A stretch of 64,000 nt of DNA from Lytechinus pictus (lineage: Eukaryota). Where the stretch lies: assembly GCF_037042905.1 (NCBI RefSeq), contig NC_087250.1, positions 22,198,001 through 22,262,000 on the forward strand, read 5' to 3'. Position numbers and translations under genes: made by a program. The notes beneath the pieces were generated by a model. The model saw only the letters and a program-made list of their open reading frames with translations. It was not told the DNA's origin and did not search any database. Of this stretch, positions 60,501-64,000 are shown piece by piece. Position 1 is the stretch's first letter; each line of letters opens with the position of its first letter.

Positions 60501-63127
60501 CCGAGGCCGCAACACTGACATAAATACGTCCACCTGATGACCATGCTGCTAAAGCCTTAGAACAAGTCTGAACATCCCGCAGCAACTTGAAATTTGATGC
60601 AGTTAGGTCTTCGAACACATGCAGATATGTGTGATCCTTTCAGCTTCCTTCTGTTGGTGATCAGTTGTTGACAACACCTGTAAGAGCAGAACTTAACGAT
60701 AATACCCATGCTCTTCGTTTTGTCGGTTGGGGCTTTTCCTACCCGATGACTACGATCGATGTCACTGATGTCGAAAGTAATTCCCATCTGCCGTGCAACA
60801 TCAAGGACGATTTCATCAGTATTTTCTGCTGACTTCTCCTTTAATACTCCGAAAATTCTTATACAATTACGGCGAGAATACTGCTCCAATGAATTCACAT
60901 TTCGTTTCAGGGTATTTACTTCATCATTTCGGGTGTGTAGCTCCTTCCTTAGAGATCCAAGTTGCTGCTCCTTCTTATCATCATCAGTTTGAACATTAAA
61001 AAAATCACTCTCCAGCTTCTCAAATCTGGTTTCCAGGCAGTCAAGCTTAGACTCTAGATCGTGTAACCTGGCATCTCGTACTTTAGTTGTTGATACAAAT
61101 TCGGTGATGCGCGATTCTTGTTGAGCAATCCCGATCAGAATTGTGTTTCTTCTCTACTCTAAAATAAAACTGATTGATACACGTCTGACAAAAACTCAAA
61201 TACACACACACACACACACACGCTATTCAATGTTGAACAGATTGCGGGGTCTGTTTTTGGTTGTTGTTTTGTTTTTTAATGATTTTTTTTTATGACTGGG
61301 TCTGGAGGAAAGATTGTGCTATATCTACATTTTGTTCAACATTAATAAGATCGTAGGATCTTTTTTCTAATTATTATTATCTATTAGTTTTAACTTGCTA
61401 TTTGAAAGTTTTGGGTCTGGAGGAAAGACTATGCTAAACTTCTATATTATTCAAAATTAAGAAGAATCAATTTTGGGATCCTTATTTGTAAAATTGTTTA
61501 AATGTTTTATGTAACTGGGTCTGGAGAAAAAAGACTGTGATTTTCCACTATATGAACGCATTACTATAGGGTTTTATTTTAGAACAGATTCGCCAAAAAT
61601 CCCTTCAAATTTATAACATTTGTGGGCAAAGTCATTATTACATTTGTGGGCGATCAAAAATTATTACATTTGTGGGTAAAGTGCATTATTACATTTGTGG
61701 GTGAAATTATTACATTTGTGGGTAAAGGGGTTTTAGTTTTTAGTTTTAAGTAACCGGGTCTGGAGAAAAGACTACGCTAGATTCTCAATTTACTCTTAGC
61801 GCATATATTCGCAATATGCGCTGTATAAGTTAAAACAACAACATACATTTATTCCACCAGTTTTAATTAACTGGGTCTGGAGAAAAGACTAAGCTCAATT
61901 CTTAATTTTATTCCACTGGAATATCATTATTGTATCTTAACTTGGACTTATATCATATTTTTTTGAATAACCGGGTCTGGAAAAAAGACTTTGGACTTAT
62001 ATCATAATTTTTTAAACAACCGGGTCTGGAAAAAAAATTAACCTATATTATAACTTTAAATCAACTGGGTCTGGAAAAAAGACTTTGAACTTATATTATA
62101 ATTATTACATTTGGCGCAAATATTCACTACTGAATGACACGCGCCGTATAAGCTCAAACAACAGCAACAACAATTTTTTAATCTACCAGGTCTGGAAAAA
62201 AGACTTTGGACTTATAATAATTCTTTGATTAACCGGGTCTGGGAAAAAAACTTTGCACATTTGTGCTATATGAACACATTATTATATGGTTTTAGTTTTT
62301 AGTTACCGGGTCTGGAGAAAAGACTATGCTTGATTCTCAATTAACTCTTAGCGCATATAGTCGCAATACGCGCCGTTTAAGTGAAAACAACAACAAAGAC
62401 ATACATTTCACCAATTTTAATAAACTGGGTCTGGAGAAAAGACTAAGCTGGATTTTCATTTTTATTCCACTGGAATATCACTATTGTATCTTAGTTTGGA
62501 CTTATATTATAATTTTTGAAATGACTGGGTCTGGAAAAAAGACTTTGGACTTATATAATAATTATTTTAACAACCGGGTCTGGTAACATATTACTATAGG
62601 ATGTTAGTTTCGAACGAGTTCGCCAAAAATCCCTTCAAATTTATTACATTTGTGGGTAAAGTCATTATTACATTTGTGGGCGATCAAAAATTATTACATT
62701 TGTGGGTAAAGTGGATTATTACATTTGTGGGTAAAGTGGATTATTACATTTGTGGGTAAAGTGTTATTACATTTGTGGGCGTTGTCACATTTGTGGGTAA
62801 AGTTTTATTACATTTGTGGGCGTTATTACATTTGTGGGTGTAACACCCCCCCCCCCCCCCCGCCTCCCTGAAAAAAAAAAATGAAATAAAACCCCTTGAC
62901 GTGTAGTTCGTTTGGATATGGCTTGTATGTTGGAAAATTTGACTTACTTTCCCACAGCTCTGTAAAGGGGAGTTTTCCCACTGATAGATGTTGTCTCTAA
63001 GTTTGCACCGTATTCACAAAGTACTTTCACGCAGTCCATTTTTCCATTCTCGATGGCTTCTTGAAGCGGTGTCCATTTATTGTGGTTTGCGGCTTCTAAA
63101 CGCTGTTTCAATTGTTCCTCGTTCTGA
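2877..63127 (-). CDS. Multi-exon gene (5'-incomplete): ankyrin repeats (>=16) - ZU5 - UPA-like - death domain protein, 19 exons in window, ~1016 aa
   Basis: Manual splicing gives 19 exons, all GT-AG, with every junction phase-compatible and an open frame to TAA at 2877-2879. Ankyrin consensus (G-TPLH-A---G---IV-LL--GA-VN) runs in register across junctions. ZU5 motifs IGPEGG...IPPGAL...F.KPV.I.LPHCA and a C-terminal death-domain-like helical segment are present. Confidence 0.9.
4190..5758 (+). mobile_element. 5'-truncated, degenerate CR1/L2-group LINE (RT C-terminus + 3' UTR + GAAAT-type tail)
   Basis: GVPQGSLLGPL, FADD-like, NWIRANRLS, LQKKGLRII and YPTRQSDEFHLP remnants; 3' hairpin aggaggctg...cagcctcct; tail aataaatgaaatgagatg. 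Confidence 0.85.
5968..5995 (-). CDS. Micro-exon (phase 1-2): PRPSKSRDS(E)
   Basis: cttttacag acceptor, ga|gtaagt donor, 28 nt; bridges the phase-1 and phase-2 neighbours. Confidence 0.75.
6626..7182. mobile_element. Non-autonomous TIR element (Kolobok-like AGG...CT ends, degenerate TTAA flanks)
   Basis: TIR ccgggctgaaaa / ttttcagcccgg; related internal sequence in the fragment at 16290-16640. Confidence 0.6.
7608..7740 (-). CDS. UPA-like exon (phase 0-1): KLTEREIYTQPIITRCFYSKTIESFSELNVKLFHGEDKTILCKT
   Basis: ttttacag acceptor, c|gtaagt donor, 133 nt. Confidence 0.8.
8830..9180. repeat. Palindromic array of short GACGAAATGG/GGTCTA-type units; related arrays at ~9705-9990, ~10305-10500 and ~29965-30300
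   Basis: Recurrent tagacgaaatgg / ccatttcgtct motifs, inverted about a centre. Confidence 0.6.
11272..11388 (-). CDS. UPA-like exon (phase 0-0): DRNTDGFQDLSESTTFYVRWQKCSISITVFDGKLEEMTG
   Basis: tttcag acceptor, ggg|gtgagt donor, 117 nt, open frame. Confidence 0.8.
12488..12715. repeat. (TAG/AGT)n microsatellite
   Basis: Directly visible. Confidence 0.95.
13231..14014 (+). mobile_element. Non-autonomous AcademH-type DNA transposon with a RecQ-like helicase 5' fragment
   Basis: TAG...CTA termini, ~150-bp TIRs, perfect 9-bp TSD tattgacac (13222-13230 / 14015-14023); internal ORF with FKELQLRAI...DTFVSLPTGYGKSAIYQ. Confidence 0.88.
13512..13760 (+). pseudogene. RecQ-like SF2 helicase N-terminal fragment (motif 0 / Walker A PTGYGKS) inside the AcademH element
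   Basis: ORF-track translation; truncated after motif I, starts at TTG. Confidence 0.8.
14070..14470. repeat. Two-copy ~200-bp tandem duplication
   Basis: ctcgttttgcagc...ggccaaactcagatttccaaac occurs twice in direct orientation. Confidence 0.85.
14672..14910 (-). CDS. ZU5 C-terminus / UPA-like exon (phase 1-0): DGEMTTIDLISDNVQDIPAVVVREKVLHLHIAEFCKWFAVF...LKITLRDESCPA
   Basis: tttcag acceptor, gcg|gtaaga donor, 239 nt; EFCKWF sits at the position of the ZU5-terminal HFSW motif. Confidence 0.85.
15285..15605 (-). CDS. ZU5-domain exon (phase 1-1): ...SGRKVIGPEGGQIDLNIYNTHMMIPPGALDDDQEISIKL...SFGVELKPGGLKFKKPVQIKLPHCARITD...
   Basis: ZU5 signature motifs; attag acceptor (alternative in-frame ctctag acceptor 6 nt downstream), g|gtaagt donor. 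Confidence 0.9.
16015..16049 (-). CDS. Micro-exon (phase 2-1): IPEEERSDALA
   Basis: aaatag acceptor, g|gtaatt donor, 35 nt; restores phase between the ankyrin and ZU5 exons. Confidence 0.7.
16290..16640 (+). mobile_element. One end of a Kolobok-like non-autonomous element (TTAA|AGG terminus)
   Basis: ttaa|aggacaagtcc start; shares ctgaaaatttcatcaaaat and tgatgacatca blocks with 6626-7182. Confidence 0.5.
17187..17344 (-). CDS. Last ankyrin exon (phase 0-2): VSIVHPEYQTLTTNEKLIVYLLDRGANYEIFDSSGYTPIHYACNKIWQLLVL(R)
   Basis: ccttttcag acceptor, ag|gtatca donor, 158 nt. Confidence 0.88.
17380..22001 (-). mobile_element. Internally deleted / decayed DIRS1-type tyrosine-recombinase retrotransposon
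   Basis: Inverted terminal repeats ~17415-17563 and ~21840-21988; ICR at 17621-17718 complementary to both outer extensions; YR C-terminal remnant; no TSD, as expected for DIRS. Confidence 0.9.
17790..17990 (-). pseudogene. DIRS tyrosine-recombinase C-terminal remnant
   Basis: RPRAHDTK...ALFNGIVVDDILRTAFWRSPNSFTSLY, then after a frameshift LKDFTSHEALFASSVLKAA; matches the YR H-x-x-R...W...Y region, degenerate. Confidence 0.75.
22661..22873 (-). CDS. Ankyrin exon (phase 0-0): DGPLVNKEDAQGKTPLHLAVEGGFSPVIEALVEFGANINIQTNDGKTCLHLAVTVWGSSDKTVQDTTGFEQ
   Basis: atacag acceptor, cag|gtgagg donor, 213 nt, canonical GKTPLHLA. Confidence 0.92.
23204..24989. mobile_element. Non-autonomous TIR element with CA(T/G)(A/G)GGCGGATCC ends and internal gctcgcgcttcgcg repeats
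   Basis: cataggcggatcc ... ggatccgcccctg; TSD not recognisable. Confidence 0.55.
25633..29501 (+). mobile_element. 5'-truncated L2/Crack-type LINE: ORF1 C-terminus + ORF2 (PHD-APE-RT), (AAAT)n tail
   Basis: ORF1 end IFIHEDLT...YTTDGRV; ORF2 APE motifs HLNVHSL, SETWL, GDMN, SDH; RT motifs NYRPVS, QSGFR, YADD; stops at 27621-27623 and 28593-28595; 3' cagggc...cctgggtaaataaa(ataa)n. Confidence 0.95.
25833..29009 (+). pseudogene. LINE ORF2 (PHD finger - endonuclease - reverse transcriptase), 2 stops + 1 frameshift
   Basis: ORFs 25950..27623, 27699..28595 and 28656..29009 share one frame, separated by single stops; extra T in the T-run near 25880. Confidence 0.92.
30693..30747 (-). CDS. Small linker exon (phase 2-0): EIYDHCFDAGRNRPNFLK
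   Basis: cttttgcag acceptor, aaa|gtattt donor, 55 nt; bridges the phase-2 and phase-0 neighbours. Confidence 0.65.
31418..31633 (-). CDS. Ankyrin exon (phase 2-2): GDSKILEHVLNLDEMSESTSSKNNKGHIPLHSAARKGNLDCVSLLMPLGLGQGDGEQVHARLQLIALAKTL(K)
   Basis: tttcccaacag acceptor, aa|gtagta donor, 216 nt. An alternative phase-0 donor caa|gtacac would end the exon at 31462. Confidence 0.78.
31863..33692. mobile_element. Kolobok-like non-autonomous TIR element with TTAA TSD, host to a nested insertion
   Basis: ttaa|aggagaatgaaac ... gtttcattctcct|ttaa; arms complementary over ~190 bp. Confidence 0.85.
32242..33483. mobile_element. Nested TIR element CCCACTGGGCA...TGCCCAGTGGG with TA flanks
   Basis: ta|cccactgggca ... 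tgcccagtggg|ta; internal ttacc/ggtaa repeats inverted between arms. Confidence 0.8.
34145..34335 (-). mobile_element. 3'-end fragment of a LINE of the same family as 4190-5758
   Basis: Reverse complement of the aggaggctg...cagc(c/t)tcctcc hairpin and tggaaataaa...gaaatgaa tail. Confidence 0.65.
35054..35193 (-). CDS. Ankyrin exon (phase 0-2): SNHNSTALLLAAEHGHHSCVEKLLENGADHCKRDNDGDTLVHAAAL(G)
   Basis: ttttccaccag acceptor; in-frame donor gg|gttcgt (140 nt); a second donor gtaagg lies 4 nt further on. Confidence 0.85.
35423..38776. mobile_element. 3.35-kb foldback element, TAG...CTA termini (Academ-like non-autonomous), arms made of ~175-bp tandem units
   Basis: tagacaggttaatata ... tatattaacccgtcta; about 8 units (ggacaagttacaaggacag...ccaagatggcttcc) on the left arm and about 6-7 inverted units on the right. 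Confidence 0.8.
37266..37519. mobile_element. CACT...AGTG palindromic MITE nested in the foldback element
   Basis: cactgtaaaaaatattgg ... cccaatatattttagagtg; internal gtgtccaaccaa / ttggttggacac. Confidence 0.7.
38861..39017 (-). CDS. Ankyrin exon (phase 2-0): NRPGIIECLLENSVDIDTTNKNSRTALLLASSKGYFECVDFLLQRGADVNKQ
   Basis: T-rich tract + tacag acceptor, gtatga donor, 157 nt; within ORF 38855..39148. Confidence 0.9.
39351..39406 (+). ncRNA. Minimal type I hammerhead ribozyme motif (Penelope-like-element pLTR remnant)
   Basis: Stem I acggc/gccgt; core CTGATGA (39360-39366); stem II tgctt/aagca; GAAA (39383-39386); stem III act/agt; cleavage triplet GTA ending 39395; flanked by (TA)n tracts. 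Confidence 0.65.
40169..40308 (-). CDS. Ankyrin exon (phase 0-2): SDEAWTPMHMSIKAGHSEVTSILIAYGSNVHSEIKTGDSPIHIAAE(W)
   Basis: tcgcag acceptor, gtaaga donor, 140 nt. Confidence 0.9.
40604..40760 (-). CDS. Ankyrin exon (phase 2-0): NNVDMVKYLLDLSANVNKGNKTGITSLHIAASKGFSEIVGILLESAADVNAQ
   Basis: atttag acceptor, cag|gtaaaa donor, 157 nt. Confidence 0.9.
41225..41410 (-). CDS. Ankyrin exon (phase 2-2): DAGQHLENRSLINSTTKTLLTPLHSAILGGQLECVKILCKAGADIEAQSNSGKTPLQRATE(K)
   Basis: tcaaag acceptor, gtgagt donor, 186 nt. Confidence 0.87.
41538..42582. mobile_element. Non-autonomous TIR element CAGT...ACTG (Tc1/mariner-like)
   Basis: cagtcagtcggcaag vs cttgcagacagactg|ta; imperfect TIR; left TA degenerate. 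Confidence 0.5.
42697..42800 (-). CDS. Ankyrin exon (phase 0-2): AINDYNVFHVAAETGQDECLQTLIDSVEITQSRD
   Basis: ctaaag acceptor, gtatgt donor, 104 nt, ankyrin motif. Confidence 0.82.
43100..43616. mobile_element. Palindromic MITE built of ttcgtaattccgaagg units, 8-bp TSD (hAT-like)
   Basis: TSD gaaagttg at 43092-43099 and 43617-43624; arms are reverse complements. Confidence 0.85.
43856..44266 (-). repeat. About one 391-bp unit of a tRNA-like tandem repeat (3' half at 44214-44266, 5' half at 43856-43894)
   Basis: A-box TGGTCTAGTGG, B-box GGTTCGATTCCC, acceptor stem GTCTCTG/CAGAGAC, T6 run; the two halves overlap in gcgttcaaag. Confidence 0.6.
44265..44445. repeat. 15-bp minisatellite (ttttacctctgccat)n, about 12 copies
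   Basis: Directly visible; source of the spurious MAEVK / LPLPF / YLCHF ORFs. Confidence 0.95.
45346..49390. mobile_element. 4-kb non-autonomous TIR element with TA TSD
   Basis: ta|cagtgccggccgcgggaaacgtcac ... gtgacgtttcctgcggccggcactg|ta; subterminal cctaggg repeats at both ends; no transposase ORF. Confidence 0.85.
49544..49709 (-). CDS. Ankyrin exon (phase 2-0): KHLEIVEFILEKGANVNKGASYYGNETPLHLAVKNGSKDIVKLLIKHKADLDARK
   Basis: ttacaag acceptor, gtacgt donor, 166 nt; completes the repeat begun in the previous exon. Confidence 0.88.
53343..56619. mobile_element. Nested 3.3-kb non-autonomous element, CATAGAG...CTCTATG termini (P-element-like), 8-bp TSD
   Basis: TIR catagagatatatact..aacgctagagggcg / cgcactctagcgt..agtatacatctctatg; flanks gttttttg / tttttttg (7 of 8 match). 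Confidence 0.7.
56704..56844 (+). mobile_element. 5' part of a SINE with a 7SL/Alu-domain head, tRNA-type B-box and Deu/Meta-like core
   Basis: ctgggcgttgtggcgtgcgcctgtaatccaagcta resembles the 7SL 5' end; ggttcgaatcc B-box; gtctttcggatggtgacgttaaa core; left TSD gcta at 56700-56703. Confidence 0.75.
56845..61169 (-). mobile_element. Near-full-length, decayed CR1/L2-group LINE (ORF1 + APE-RT ORF2) inserted into the SINE
   Basis: ORF1 LEQYSRRNCIRIFGV...DIDRSHRVG...IIVKF; ORF2 HCNCRSI, ITETWL, GVIYRPP, SDHFPV, NYRPI, QFGFR, DLSKAFD, GVPQGSILGP, FADD; many frameshifts; tail aaataaatgaattga. Confidence 0.93.
61170..61221 (+). mobile_element. 3' part of the split SINE with (CA)n tail
   Basis: ctgattgatacacgtctgacaaaaactcaaata(ca)n; acgtctg pairs with cagacgt of the 5' part; right TSD gcta at 61222-61225; the host repeat unit resumes afterwards. 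Confidence 0.7.
62948..63127 (-). CDS. Ankyrin exon, first in window (phase 2-2): QNEEQLKQRLEAANHNKWTPLQEAIENGKMDCVKVLCEYGANLETTSISGKTPLYRAVG(K)
   Basis: ttcatag acceptor, gtaagt donor, 180 nt, ankyrin motifs. Confidence 0.88.
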
Positions 63128-64000
63128 CTATGAAAGATTTATAATAAGCATTTAGAGAGGTACAGTATGTGCTTCGAAATGAGCTTAAAACAGACATGAG
63201 TTTCCTACATGATTTATACGCAGCCATACATTTCCAATCCAACTATTCATGTATAATGTCTACATTTTGTTTAGGGTGTTTTTGCTAAAATAAAGCGTAA
63301 GTGAAGTGATTGATTAATTTCTTTTTTTCTCTCTCTCTCTCCTGAACGACGTTCGGCAGAACCTAGACCCCCTATCCATCTACATCATTTACCTAGTGAC
63401 CTATATCATTGGTCATTGACATCATTGACGATCGATTCGCTAATGTCATCTTAAGCAGTTCCTGATTCCAGGGTAACAAGACGACCGGATTTCAATTCAC
63501 GGTCCCGTATTTCACAATTTCGCCCTGGACGTAGCGGTTCTCTTGTGCACTTCAACACCCAATACATTATTTCAAGCCAGAGATAAATAAATAACCACTT
63601 GCTGTAATTCAAATTAATCAAATACACCGTACATGTAACGATAAGACCCTAACATACTCCCCCCCCCCTCGAAAAATCTGTAAAAATGTAAGTGTTCGAT
63701 CCTTACGTGGTTTGTTCAAGAATCAAACGAAGAATCTCAGAATGACCTCCAATTGCTGCGAAATGTAGAGCAGTACATTTTCCATGTATAGTCTGTTTGA
63801 ACACAGGATAGGTTAGCCGTTAACAATCTTTCTAAAAATACAAATCTTGGACAAATATTGTGAATCAATCAAACTCTGTTCAGAATGAAATTGCGCTTGT
63901 GCTTTACCCATGCATTATTCATTTAGGACTTATGTGATACCTGACTGAAGCTAAGATGTAATTTAAAACTTCATTCTTTTATTACGACTACCATCACAAT

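Larger units (their letters stand above)
50361..62845. mobile_element. 12.5-kb composite TIR element, TGT...ACA termini, CCCCC flanks (Ginger-like ends), arms with ~44-bp ccagacccggtt repeats
   Basis: ccccc|tgttgcacccacaaatgtaataa ... ttattacatttgtgggtgtaaca|ccccc; left arm (ccagaccc) and right arm (gggtctgg) arrays are inverted; contains three nested inserts. Confidence 0.82.

Overview
AT-rich, repeat-dense eukaryotic (metazoan) genomic DNA. The repeat repertoire resembles sea urchin/echinoderm DNA, which is an inference from recall, not a search. The window is spanned by one minus-strand, intron-rich gene whose 5' end lies beyond the window. I assembled 19 phase-compatible GT-AG exons (63127 down to 2877; about 3052 nt, about 1016 aa) encoding at least 16 ankyrin repeats, one ZU5, a UPA-like region and a death domain. 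The introns are packed with transposable elements: (1) four CR1/L2-group LINEs, two of them long with ORF1 and ORF2; (2) a deleted DIRS1-type tyrosine-recombinase element with intact ITRs and ICR; (3) a non-autonomous AcademH element carrying a RecQ-helicase fragment with a 9-bp TSD; (4) several TIR/foldback elements, some multiply nested; (5) Penelope-type hammerhead-ribozyme remnants. The most unusual item is a SINE with a 7SL (Alu-domain) head, a tRNA B-box and a Deu/Meta-like core, split in two by a LINE. No prokaryotic features or CRISPR arrays were found.
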